A DNA stretch of 64,000 nucleotides, from NCBI GenBank assembly GCA_977020255.1, contig CDROCS010000192.1, forward strand, positions 1-64,000, written 5' to 3'. The number at the start of each line of letters is the position of its first letter. Within the stretch, counting starts at the first letter, position 1. This document shows, in pieces, positions 13,754 through 26,329 of the stretch. A program made the position numbers and the translations under genes. The notes beneath the pieces are model-generated. The model saw only the letters and a program-made list of their open reading frames with translations. It ran no database searches and was not told the origin of the DNA. Origin of the DNA: Obrimoposthia wandeli (lineage: Eukaryota).

Positions 13754-16065
13754 TCAGTCTAAAACGAGATAAGGCAGTCCAGTGAAATTGGTCCAGAACT
13801 TGCAATGTTGAACTGGACGATGCACGATCTTGCGTGGATCCATAATAACGAAATCATGTGATTGGGGCTTCGTTTGTAGTTTGGAGAGCTCTAAATGCTG
13901 TAGTCGTCTTCGGCAGAAGCAACGCCGGGCCTGTGAAAAAGTAGGAGTAAAATTGCTTAGTTTATTAATCTTGTTATAAATTAATATATTGATTGAGAAA
14001 TACACACTCCTAATAAGCTTGACTGAGTTGCATTATATGCGGTTAAAACCTTTTCTGTTCAGCAGTACCTGGAAGTTGGCTACAAGGGTGCATATGGTAC
14101 GTTGGAGCCAGCGGGAATCGGTATTAGGGAGGTGTGCAATGACAATGATGGAAGGCTGCAGAATGGAGAAGGAGGGACAGAACAGGACGAGAGAGGCCCA
14201 GCTGCAGGAAGAGCCGAGTGGCGCCAGTGATGGGAGGTGGATGGCTGGCTGGAGGGGTGTGGCTGTGGCCTGATGCTGTTGTAGGAGCAGACTGAGGGCA
14301 CATCGGCAGCTACGATGCTGGGACCGCTGAGATAAGGTGGGGGACAACCAGAAGCAGGATGCGTATTGGATGTGGAAGCGCTGGTGCAGCGGCATCCGCA
14401 GCTCTGGGAGCAAATAATACAGCGGCTCCTCTTCCGGTGACCCCGTATCTATTTGGTGCCTTCTGCTGGCGATGTTATGCACGTGGACGCTGCTTTCTGC
14501 ACAGTTAAAAGGAACTAATGTTAAGTCCACTCCCGATGGTTGATGTTCAGTTGGCAAATACAAATGTCGGCACTCACCTCCTCCACAGTGCTGCAAGTCT
14601 GTGAGAAGGCCCGCACAATGACGTGAGTGACTGGGGTAGAAGAAGCGCCGTACCACAGCGATAATGAGTGCCACGATGAGGACCACCATAAGGAAGTTTA
14701 CGAGGACAGTGATATGATGAAAGATGCTACAATGCAGTGGAGTTCTTCCTTGATAGTGCGGCCACAGACCGACCACGGTGTAGAGCGTGTTGTTGACGTC
14801 ACTAAGTGACCCTGCTAGCCTCACGCTGTAGTTTACTGCTATGTGGCCCATAGATACGCCTGTGCATGTGTAACTAGATTATGTAAATAACCATTATTGA
14901 ATGCTTGAGATTTATGTTATTATTCACATTGGTGATATTCGAGCGTTATTGAAGCAAATGTAAAGTTCATTGTTGCTAAATTTAGAACTCTTCTTATATA
15001 ACTAATTTTTGGGCCGAATTAGAAGTGTTATCGAATTAGTCGTACCGGTTTGGATGAGTCTTCTCCCGGCCATAACTGCATCCAAGTGTGGGCGGCTATT
15101 CGTGAAGTTGCCTACGAACACCACAAGCAAATGTGGATTCAGCGATTCATAAGCCGAGCTGCGCCACATTCGGAGCCAACCGAGGCCCTCAAATACATTC
15201 CCGTCGGGGCCAATCATGAAGTTGTAGGGGAAATCTGTGGAGACGTCATGAAAGTGGCGCTGTTGAGCATCCACCAACAAGTTGGCGCACGCCTCCCTGG
15301 TTCGACAGAAGCAGAGACGCTCCGTGAGATTGCCAATAAGCACCTCAGGCACAGGCAATTTGAGCGGTATTGTCTTACGTTTAGTGTTCTTTTTGTCACT
15401 AGCACCCCACTCTGTTCGATTTATTATTCGCTGTGTTTCCTTGAGAACTGAGGCACTGTAGAACTGGCACGTGTCGGAACCTGCTATGTGGACGAAGCTG
15501 GCGTTATGGGATCGAAAAACAAAGTTTTCGTAGCCAGTGTACACAAGATAGAACCACCATCTGCACAAGAATAGTTCTCTTCCAATAATACACTGTCAAA
15601 AATCTCGTCACATATATACAGGATAATTAAAAATAACTGTATTTCATGAGTTATTAGCAATTGAAGTTGTAAAAGTTATTTTGAATAACCTTGTATATTC
15701 AAAAAATAATTGATTTTATTTTGGAAATTTTAGAAGATTATTTTTTAAACATATCATAAACCAAATCCTTTCTCACATCTAAGCATGCTGAGTAAAGACA
15801 AAATATGTCTAAATATACATGTATAAGTAATACCGAGTGTTGCCCCATGTCTTTAGGATCCTGAAGCACTGGCCCACGGAACAGTGGATGCGCGCATTCT
15901 TGCACGTCTGGTTGTCCATGAACCGCTCCACGCCAGAGTATGCATTGCAGTCAAACCGCTTCACAAAAACATTAGTGCTCGTAAGACAGCCACACGGCCA
16001 CTCGCCCGACTGCTGCTTCTCGACACCGGCAAACCCACTCTGATCAGATACAACAATAAAACATT
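13754..16065 (-). CDS. Transmembrane peptidoglycan-recognition protein, non-catalytic (3' exons 16065-15834, 15560-15046, 14859-14578, 14496-14069, 13930-13754)
   Basis: PGRP motifs IINRTEWGA, PYNFMIGPDGNVFEGLGW, VFVGNF...P, and LIQTG|VSMGHIAVNY...LYTVVGLWPHY split by a phase-1 intron (14860-15045). A TM helix ITVLVNFLMVVLIVALIIAVV-RR follows. All junctions are GT-AG and phase-consistent. The Zn ligands (HHT, GHR, CPG) are absent. Confidence 0.8.
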
Positions 16066-16157
16066 CTAAAATTTGATTATCAATTAATAAAGTAGAAAAG
16101 GACTATCTATAAATTTTTGATAAAACTAAACAAAATAAATCAAATTAAGAAAACTGT

Positions 16158-17292
16158 TTAAATTCTGAAGTGTCCATAAGCCAGTCTAACGTTCTTTTCT
16201 ACCTAAATGCGCTTTTCGTCATTACTACTTAACACTATTTTTGTTGACTTATGGGAATACAGTTGATGGGCTCTTGAAATAAATCTAGTTTGCTCAACGC
16301 TTTTACAGCACCCAGTATCTTAAACTTTCCGGTAGGCCTCATGTGTAAGATTGTTTCTTCCCACACCCTTTGCTCTCATTGAACATGTATTATTATATGC
16401 ATGTAATCTGTAGCATTTAGGGCGTAGGAAATTAGGACGTAGAAAAAAATCACCTAACCTACGCTTTCACCCTTAAATTTCCCGATAATATCCTTTAAAC
16501 TCATAGACTGTAGAGGATGATTAACGGGATATTTATAAGTATAAAGTAAGTTATTCTTAAACATTGCCCATAATAATTGATTTTGAAAACTAACATTCCT
16601 ACATTCTAAAAAGAATTAGTCAGTGTCCCCAGCTGCGATTTTGATCTCACAATTGAATTTGTTGTGATATTTCTCTAAATCAATATATTGAAGCTCATAC
16701 ATTCTGAGTTTGGAAATGTCTACAATCGTTTGACCTATATAATTCGGTCGACTGAGACAAATACTCTATTTTCCTGATAATACTGCTACTAAGTCATCTG
16801 CAATTGTAAAACTACGCCTGAAGTTGCACTTGCTAGAATATGTTATTAGTTTACGCTCATCATTGCAAAACTATAGACAAATACGTTTCTGCAAGTCCTC
16901 TATAGTTTTACCTAAGATACTATTACTTTTAACTTGTAAAAATCCTGATCAATTTTGCTAGTGGCAAATTAAGTTTTCTCAAAATTTTCACAATATCATT
17001 TTTAAACACTACGTTTTGACTAAAGTTTATAGCCGATAAATTCAATTTAATTTCGCTCTCAACTCTAAGTAAAATTGAAGAAGTCGCCAATGCACCACAT
17101 AATTCAACTTGTCGTCATGAGTTTACAATAATTTCTTAACCTTTGAATTAGGTGAACATTGATAAACAGGCGCCACTAAACGATCGTCTAATTTATCGTG
17201 TACATTAGAAAGGATTTTTAAATCGACCTCAACTAAGTAGCCGACATTTGACGAAACTGTATCAACTGTAGCCAATTATATCATAAACTTAT
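16158..17292 (-). pseudogene. polB: Protein-primed family B DNA polymerase, C-terminal fragment
   Basis: Colinear nucleotide similarity to 61454-62590, e.g. tgggaatacagttgatgggctcttgaaataaatctagtttgctcaacgc is identical. Disrupted by indels. Confidence 0.92.
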
Positions 17293-17431
17293 TCTGCTGG
17301 TGCTTCTGTTCCTTCTTCTTGGTTCACCACCGTCGACATTATTGTAGAAGGGCATTCTATTAATTTTTGATTTATGAAAAATAATGAATATGTCTTTTTA
17401 TATACACAAACATCAGACTAACCCTCTTTCA

Positions 17432-17532
17432 TTGAGCGGTATTGTCTTACGTTTTCTGTTCTTTTTGTCACTAGCACCCCACTCTGTTCGATTTATTATT
17501 CGCTGTGTTTCCTTGAGAACTGAGGCACTGTA
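17432..17532. repeat. 101-bp copy of PGRP exon sequence 15360-15460
   Basis: 99/101 identical by direct comparison; begins with ttga and is followed by ttga. Confidence 0.95.
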
Positions 17533-17709
17533 TTGACCAATGAGAGCGTGTTATTCAAATAATTTGTTTGAAAATTCGTAGTATTTTCGTAAGTTTTTGA
17601 CTACGACCGTGTGTTTATATCATGGGGTAGAAAAATATTTTAAAATAATTTATGTAAAAAAAAAGTTGTATTTTGTTCATATTTTATTAACATGTGTGTA
17701 TTTAGAGCA

Positions 17710-17711
<2 letters not shown>

Positions 17712-17749
<38 letters not shown>
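17712..17749. repeat. (TA)n microsatellite
   Basis: Pure TA run. Confidence 0.95.
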
Positions 17750-17938
17750 CATTTGTGAATGTAGGCGATTTAAAGGGCAGGGGTACCCCATATGAGGGTA
17801 TGGTCAGATTAGACTGGACACATCCACTTACTAACACCATCCTAGTCTGTTAATGTGTAACTCAAGAAATCCAACTATAATTATTTAGAGAAAAGAAGTG
17901 ATAGGTTTGGTTTGTCTTTCTAATAAGGCAAATATTAC

Positions 17939-18172
17939 TTGAAAACGCTCTAAGTTCCAAAATTTTTGGTGAGACCATCTCATTCAGTTTCAATTTATCT
18001 GTAAAAATAATGTCAATATATTTAGGAATTGGTAAAGATTATCAAGTTTGTGATTACGTAAGCAAATTCACTATTTGCTAAATGCTAAATTTAATAATAT
18101 CTAACAGTATACCTCGAGGACATGGGTGCACAAAGTGCAGTCCTCAAAGAAGTATTTTGCATCCCGACTCAA
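17939..18172 (-). CDS. Two short candidate linker exons (18172-18106, 17998-17939) of the PAN-PGRP gene
   Basis: Open frames LSRDAKYFFEDCTLCTHVLEVY and KLKLNEMVSPKILELRAFS. AG acceptors at 18173 and 17999, GT donors at 18105 and 17938; phases 0-1 and 1-1. Confidence 0.45.
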
Positions 18173-18521
18173 CTATTTTTAAAATTCAAACTTAAAATGA
18201 TAATTTTTGACTCACGACTATTAGTAGATTGTTTGATTTCTTTAGTTCTAATTATAAAAGAAGACGTTTATTTAGTTGATTAGTTGTAATAACTACTATA
18301 AAATTATAATAAAATTCCCGTATGTTCTGGAAGACATTTTAAGGTTGGCCACAACACAATTTGTAGTGAATATATCCACTAGAAGCCATTGAAGATTAGC
18401 TACAACACAATTTGTAGTGATTATATCCACTGGAAGCCATCACATCAGTTCTATCAAAGTACATTGTAAGAGTTAAAGAAAGAAATTCTAATCTGAAACT
18501 CTGTAATGCAGTCAATGGTAC

Positions 18522-18834
18522 CTTTAATGCCAATTTTGAGATTCTCGGGGAGTGACAGCAGTGCCAGGTGACGCGTACGTAAGACATGTAGCGACTGTGG
18601 TTGACAAAATTATATCGTAGCGGCACTGAGCAAATCGTGGGACTCCGAGACATCAGCAGGCAGTGGGCGTAGTCGGTAGAGTAGAGCAGAGAGCGACACA
18701 TCGACATCCGCTCACAGTTGGCCAAGCAATCGCTGAAGTTGTGCGTGTGGTATTTCAGCAGTAGCTGCAAGTAGTCCGGGTCCATCTCTTTTCCGTCCAT
18801 TTTGAAGTTGCCCGAACAGTTCTTGTTTCTCTCT
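18522..18834 (-). CDS. PAN/Apple-domain exon (family C)
   Basis: DCLANCERMSMCRSLLYSTDYAHCLL fits the PAN C-x3-C-x5-C...C pattern. Acceptor cacag at 18835, donor GTACCA at 18521. Confidence 0.65.
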
Positions 18835-19274
18835 CTGTGTTCGTCAGAGATGCAAGAAAATATAATGATTCCATAATGAAAATTCACGACAAATTAATGA
18901 GTTACATTAATCCAAAATTTGAATATTTAAAATCAATAATTAAATATTTTCTAATTAAAGATCGTAATTTAACTATAGTTCTTTAACATAATTTAATTTT
19001 TTTATTGATTGTTTTACTGTTTATTATTGGTATTATGTTTTGAAGTAATAATTATAACAATAAAGCAATATATTTAATATATCGAAAATATCGAATAAAT
19101 CTATGACATTTGGTTATTTATTAAAATTATTAAGTAAAACAGGAAAACTAATATATGTATCTATGTAAATACATTATTGTTATTGTTGTTAAAATTTTAA
19201 TAAGATACAATTTAGTCAAATATTGAGATTACCATATTTTCATGCAGATAGTAATTTAATTAGTCTTTACTTAC

Positions 19275-19635
19275 ACACATGATGGGTCGATTGTATAGTT
19301 CTGTACTTTTGCACAAATCCAAAGGTAGGCAATTAAATATTTGGAATATCCCATAGTAAGAGTGGTGGAATTGAAATTTTTGACGAATTTGCAAATTTCA
19401 TGATTAGTGTCATAGTTGAAGGCCCCGCACACCGGCTCATTTTGACACCGTCTTTTGCAATCTGCCACGTAGCGAACTCTGGTGTCACCGTGGAAGTCCT
19501 GATAGTCATTACTGGTATACATACTGTACGGTGTGAACATCCACTGACCGTTACACCGACCCGAGACAGGTTTGCCCACGGTGAAGTTGCAGAATTCCCA
19601 CTTGAACACGTTACTGCGGAACAATGGAGCAACTC
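19275..19635 (-). CDS. PAN/Apple-domain exon (family B, copy 1)
   Basis: DCKRRCQNEPVCGAFNYDTNHEICKF. Acceptor ttccag at 19636 (phase 1), donor GTAAGT at 19274 (phase 2). Paralog at 35.9-36.2 kb. Confidence 0.7.
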
Positions 19636-20087
19636 CTGGAAGGGAATATTGATAAGTGATTTTCTGATAATTTTTAAATATGTTAAGCTAAGAGTCATAT
19701 ATATAAACTATCTTACTTACATGATGACAACATATAATGTAGGACTACTGTTATAGATAAGCATGGTCGATAATCAGCACTTTTATGTTATTTAAAATAT
19801 CAGCGTTCCTTATTGATTTTATTATGTTTTCATTTACCAGACGACACTTATTGATGGTTTGAAATAAATTAAATTTTAAGTTAATAATTTTTTGCATATT
19901 TTCTGATTTTGTCATGTATGAGTGATGAAATCTAAGTTATAGTACTAGTGCAATGACATCTTTGGTTGGTATTTGGAGAATATTGGCGAATTTTTGATTA
20001 GCTCTGTTTTGGTTTGGAGTAAGCATCGGTTACATCTACCCTCAGTTTGAGTGTGTTTTCGAAAGTAAATGTGGCCGTGTAACTCAC

Positions 20088-20412
20088 CGTATTCCTCGTA
20101 GAGACTGCAAACGTGCGTTTTCTGATTGATGACTGCCATTTGACATTTCAAGCTCTCCTTACATTTGTCATAGCACGGTTTGGTGTGGGAGTTATTAAAT
20201 GTTCTGAATGGTTTCAGTCCCAGCTTGGCCCCAAAATGAAAATTCACATCACAAAGTCCCGGCGGTTTCTTGATAGGTTTCTTGTCGTTTCGTTCGCAGT
20301 CGTTCTTCTCGTACACGGAAGGCCATTTACATGGAGGACTATTTAGATCGGCAACAATTGATCCTGGAATAAGGTAACACGTAACCAGGCAGATAAGAAA
20401 TTTATTCATCAT
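20088..20412 (-). CDS. Signal peptide + PAN/Apple-domain exon (family A, copy 2); unspliced ORF runs on to 19945
   Basis: MMNKFLICLVTCYLIPGSIVA, then PCKWPS...KKPPGLC...CYDKCKESLKCQMAV...CSLY. A GTGAGT donor at 20087 sits at the same codon and phase as the donor in copy 1. Confidence 0.72.
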
Positions 20413-21959
20413 ATGTTGACATACACCGATCGCTTTGCTGATATTTATATGTAAATTGAATTGTAAATAAACCACCAGCTTCCGATGTGTAAATTGTAGA
20501 CGGATCCTGTAATAACTATGAATAATAAATAAACTATAAACATTTTACGGTATAGTCTTATTACACCGAAGTAGTATAAAGGGATGATTTTAAGACACTA
20601 CAGCACAACAAAGAACTAGACCCACTGATTTAAAATAATCGAATTCCGATTAGAGTTCATTAAATCAAATAAAAATTTTAATTCATTAAACAATTAATAC
20701 AAACAAAGCAAATAATTTCAATTTAATTCATGCAATTTAATTAATCCAATTGATATAAGCAATTTTAGAACACACTTTTTTCACAAATGTTTATTATTAT
20801 AGTTTTAGATAAATTATTTGGCTACTCCCAAAGAAAAATATTCTATATTTAATTTTCGTGAGACACCCTACACTGTACATATTAAAAATATTTTAACCTG
20901 AATGGAACCCCTACTTAACGTCAGTGAAACAATTTGATACTTCATATAAGACATGTCTAAATTTAACTACTTCAATTTTCAAGTAGAAAAGTTTTTGTTA
21001 GAAATATTTCATATATGAAAAAAATCATAATAAATATTTTATCTTTATATTTATTTGAAAGTATAAAGGTTGTTGTAACAAAAATAGCACAAAAGTTAAC
21101 CATCGATAGCTTTCCTTAATAATTGTAATTATGATTGATATTCAAACTGAATTTTAAATCCATAAAAGTAATTTATTGGTCAAATAGACTTAATAGATGA
21201 TTTTAAATATTGAAGCATATTTCTATACTATATTCATGATCTATCCAAAATTATCTACAACATATGATGATTGGAAATATCCAATAAATTATTAATTTTG
21301 ACTCTCAATAAAAGGACAACAAAGATTTAATTTGGTGTGAATTTTTACATCAAATTTTAATCTGAATACATTATACATTTTCTGTGAAATATTTGCTGCC
21401 TCTAAATCCACTGCCTCGTTGTGGTGTCTCAGGTGACTTTTATTTGTTGACTCAGAGGTCACATGAGATTAATTAAACCTCCATTTTTATTTTTGGAGTT
21501 TAATTAACTCGTTAATTTGTCCTCCTTAATATATTTTAATTTAATTTTTTAAACTTTCAGGACATTAAATGTCCTTGGCTAGGACTATAAATATAGCCAA
21601 TTATTTTTATTATTTTTATTAAATTCGTCTGATTCTGAACCTCAACAAAAGAAGCTGCAGCAAAACATCTAAAATAATAAAATGTGGTACATAAAATGTC
21701 GTTGAATAATTGAATTCGTTGAGAGGCAGCAATATAAAAAAATTTACTACAAACTTTACAATTTTACTCCTCGTTTATTACGTCTGCTTTCTGTAGAACT
21801 TTCTTCATTGCTCTTTTTACTGATTTTACGATTGATTCAAAAGCACCACCGAAATGAAGCGACCTGGTAGGATTGAATACCCATCTGATCTCGGGCTCTG
21901 TCAACTCTTTCTTTAATTTATAGCTATCAATTACAAATTCTATTTGTTAATAAAGAAAA

Positions 21960-22925
21960 CAAATTTAAAACATGGCATATTAGATGTAAGGCTGCTGTTT
22001 TTCATGATGATTTTATCGTTATTAGAACAGACAAGTTACACAATTGTATTGAAAAGTACTCGGTATTGAGTAGTGGTTGGTCAATCTATAAAATCTTACA
22101 AATTTCTTTTAAATTAACTAAATTATCCAGTGTTTTGGGTTCTTCATATATACCAACAACACTTAAATTATTAAACAAATTGGCAGTAATCAATGTGAAA
22201 AATAGTGCTAACAAGTGTTTCATCTATGCTATCCTTAGTGTATTAAAATATAATGAAGTTTGTCATCGATATAGACATAGACCAACTTCATATGATGAAT
22301 ATTTAAGTGAATTAAAATGCCAGCCAGGTTCTATGCCCTTAGCCTCAATACCACATTTTGAACGTGATAACCAAATAGAAATTACAGTTTTTAAGTATTC
22401 TGAAATTAAAACTAAATGCCCCAATGTGTTGAAAAATCCTAATGTTAGTATAATTTATCAAACAAAACTACGGGAATGTAATAAAAGTGTTAATTTACTT
22501 TTGATTGAAGACCGTGACCGCTATTATTTTTGTGGTGTTTCTAATTTAAATATATTTTTAAATTGTCATAGCTATGGTTTACGACTTCATTGGTGTCCGA
22601 AATGTCTTTTTGGTTTTCGAACTTGGGTTACTTATGATACACATAGAACTCATTGTAATTTTAATATTGCTGCTTCAACATTATTCATTATACCAGATGA
22701 TAAATATTGTGAATTCACAGATTGGTCAAAGTCACTTCAACCTCCTTTGTAGTTTATGCTGATTTGAGAGTATTTTAGAACCTGATGTGACTGTTAAATA
22801 TTATACATACTCCCATTTCAGTTGGAATGTTGTTGAAAAATAATGTTACTGACTTAATAGAATACTTTTCATATTTTGGTTTAGATTGTGCTACAAACTT
22901 TATCGATAAATTAATTGAAATGCCC
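21960..22925 (+). pseudogene. polB: Polinton PolB N-terminal region fragment (element C)
   Basis: SSGWSI...SSYIP...AVINVKNSANKCFIYAILS and CPKCLFGF...H..HC...EFTDWSK...VVYAD align with CHRCLHGF...KFRDWPK..FRVYADFESIL at 63.7-63.9 kb. Confidence 0.8.
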
Positions 22926-24411
22926 ATTCTTTAAATCTCTCAATTGTTGCAGCGTTTAGATTTTACAGTTACGTTAACAAATCAAATAATATCCATTTAG
23001 TATTAGAAGAGAAATTGGAAAAGCACTGGTAAAATCGGCCACAGCAAGGAATCGCCAAGGAGGCTCGATTGCTGAAGAATGTGAGGCAGTAAGGTATGAC
23101 GGGATAAACAATTACCTGATAAATTGCCAACAAGTTAGATATGTCTTATGCCATAGAATACCAGATTGATATGCTCGAAATGTCAAAAAAGGTTGCATAA
23201 AGGGTGCAGTGGTACTTACTATACGATATAATTTGAATATAATTATGGAATATTGAAATTGTTTTTGGTTGAGGGGATTGTTCCTTTGTGTTAGTACCAA
23301 CACTATAGTGCCTAAAAAATCTGTATACTGTCATTTTTTAGACAAAATATCGTTAAAATGTCTAAAAATTGTTTAAATTGGCTTAAAATGACTCAAATTT
23401 CTACCTTTTTACTGCAAAATCTATTTGAGTTCGTATGTAGGATTTCCGGACTTGACCTACATTTGGTCTCAAAATCGCGCATACTAACTCAAGGCAATAG
23501 GTCCCCCCGCGGGGTACCTTTTACTGCAAAATTATTTTTGGCGTTGTATGCGTGATTTCAAGACCATTTTCAAATATGGCGCTGAATATCTTGCCGTTTA
23601 AAACAAAAGTAGATTTTGAGTAGATTTTAGGTAACCAAAGTCTCCCTTGCGGAGCCTTTAAGAGGGGAGCCCTTTAGCAAAGATTATATTTTATATTACT
23701 TTTGTTTATAGTTAACCTTTAAAGAATAATAAAATTAATTAATTATTTATTCATATGATAAATAAAATAAAAATAAAATCATGTGATACTTTGATGTTAA
23801 TGATATTGATATTCTTTAGGGTTGGTGCGAAGAGCACATAACATATTCAAAGTACCTAAAGTCATAATGATGAAATGATTTTAAAACTAAAGTGTTTCAA
23901 TTATATAAAAACCTAACTTCAATATAATTGGTCAACCAATCAAATTAATCCTATATAATAAATAAAACGATTAAACACAAAAGTTGAATTAATATATACA
24001 AGTGAATGCGTGTATGTACAAATTATGACATTAAATAACAACAACAATAACAAAACTATATATATTATTTTAAAATTATTAAGTTAAATTAAAATGACCG
24101 TAAGCAAGGCTTTAATTCTTACTAATTTTTTCATGTCTTTGGAAATAACAAATGTATTTGCAAGTGTAAAATTTTTAAAATGTATTTTTTCTGGTTTATC
24201 GTTTTATGTAATTTAGATGATCATACAGTATTTTTAGAATTTTTCAATTTTTCAAATTATATTTTTTTAAAAAGATTTATTATGTTTCATAAAAAAATAA
24301 TTAGCAAACGATTGTAAAACATCTAATTTCTAAATGTATTTAAAAAATTTTTTATAGAAATTAATATTTATAATCTATATAAATCTAACTTTTATAAAAT
24401 ATATTGTATAA

Positions 24412-24810
24412 ACTATATGATGTTAAATACTTTTATTTTATTTAAAATAATCTATGATGTTAAATAATTTTATTTTAAAAAAAATCCATGATGTTAAATA
24501 CATTTTACAAGTAATGTTTTAATTTTAAAATAATTTTAAAATTTATTTGTAAGTGTAAAATTTTTGAAAATTATTTTAATAACTTTTATTTAGAAATTTT
24601 TTTGTAAATATTTCTAATGAATCTAAATTATTGAACTTTAAGTTAGAACATTTTTTTATATTGGTTAACATTTAACTTAAAACATATATGATATTTTTAT
24701 ATTTTAAAACTATGATGTTAAATACTTTTATTTAATTTAAAAACTATGATGTTGAATACTTTTATTTAATTTAAAAACTATGATGTTTAATACTTTTATT
24801 GAATGTTAAA
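24412..24810. repeat. AT-rich ~34-bp minisatellite in two clusters
   Basis: Unit aaaactatgatgttaaatacttttatttaattta repeated at ~24412-24505 and ~24705-24805. Confidence 0.75.
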
Positions 24811-26128
24811 TAGTTTTTGTATCTTTGTATTTATTGTGAGAAAGTATTTTAATTTTGAAATATGTTTTATTTATTTCTAAGAAAGAAATTTTTTAACTAT
24901 TTTTTAATTTTGAAAGGTTTTTGTAAAATTCTAACGAATCTAAATTCTAAATTCTATGTAGCTATGGATACAGATTATTTTTTCATTGACTGTGTAAATA
25001 TTAGTAAATATTAATTACTTAAAGAAATAATTAAGGACGGGTATTTAGATACGAATAATTATCCTAAAACAAATCCAGTGTATTCGGAAAATCTTAAAGC
25101 TGTAATTGAAAATTTTAAATATGAAATTGAGGATACCTGATTATAATGGGTTTTTTAAATTAAAGTTTTATTCACTTCAAAATATATTAAAGGCTATGGG
25201 TATTTCTTTAAACAAAATAATTTAAGACAATAAGATTACTTATATTGTTATTAAAATGAAAAATTACTAGTGTTAACCAATCACGTATAGCATCGGTTAA
25301 CCATCAAATTCAAACAACGTTTACTTATAAAGTAGCTTTAAAATGTTTTGATGATAAAAAAGATGGGTTAGTAAGAATAAAAGCCTAACTTATGGTCATT
25401 TCAGTTTAACTTAACAATTTGTAAATAAGATATGATAAATTAATCTATATATATTGTTGTCTGATTTTATATTTGATGCTGTATAATATTATTGCTGTTG
25501 TATATATTATTACACACGTTCATTTGTATATAATACAATTTTTGTCTTATATAGATTTATTTATTATATAGGATGTATTTGATTCGTTACCCAATAATAT
25601 TGAAGTTAGGTTTTTAATATAATCTTTAGTTTTAAAATCATTTTATCATGACTTCTCATTTGAGCACATGGGATATGTTATGTACTTTTCGCATTAACAT
25701 CGGAGAAGACATATTTAAACTATATACAAATCAATACCTTTCAATGAATTGTGCTCCAAAACAATTTTAATCTAGGATTTTGGAATTATTTCATTAACTT
25801 CATAATAAGAATTTTTTTTTTACAATATTTTAAATATTTTTATTAGCTATCAGATAAATCCATTATTATCATCACCATGAAACTCGATTTTGTAATCATG
25901 TGAATAAATGAATTTAATTGTTTATTATTATTCAATTTTCAAAGATCAAAGGTACTGCTTGGTCATGCCAGGCTCCCGTCTTAGGATGCTCCATAAGGGA
26001 GACTGGTAACTTTTTAAATATATATATAGAATGAAAAAATTTGTAATATAAGTATCAAAAACACATAAATTTAAAAAATCCCCGAAATCGTACACACGGC
26101 TGCAATAGGATCCACGAATTTTGCTGCG

Positions 26129-26186
26129 GCAGTATCCACGATTTTGAGACTAAAACTGTATAAGATCTCGAAATCGTGGATACTGC
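26129..26186. repeat. 21-bp-stem inverted repeat
   Basis: gcagtatccacgattttgaga / tctcgaaatcgtggatactgc, one mismatch, 16-nt loop. Confidence 0.8.
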
Positions 26187-26329
26187 TGCAGTTGAAATCG
26201 TGCTTTAATTGCGGTCTTTTTCAAGACTTCATGATTTTTGATTCATTTTTAAGTGATTTTGTGTGTTTTTAAAATTAATATAGACACGACTAATGTATAT
26301 AGTGTTAGTACAAGCCGCACCGTCACGCC

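Larger units (their letters stand above)
16150..17832. mobile_element. Internally deleted Polinton remnant (element B) inside an intron
   Basis: PolB 3' part is joined to a subterminal region homologous to 1090-1230 and 28170-28370. It ends in ggacacatccacttact (17832), the reverse complement of an AGTAAGTGGATGTGTCC terminus. Confidence 0.85.

Noticed and set aside
13989-16069. Plus-strand ORFs (13989, 14627, 15050, 15837, 15884)
   Set aside because: Antisense shadows of the GC-rich PGRP gene exons.
17640-17840. ORF MVLVSGCVQSNL... as a first exon of the PGRP gene
   Set aside because: It is the Polinton terminus plus a (TA)n microsatellite read on the minus strand.
19717-19775. Short GTAAGT-flanked segment as the signal-peptide exon for the PAN exon at 19635
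   Set aside because: Splicing gives a TGA or an out-of-frame product; the exon at 20412-20088 fits in phase instead.
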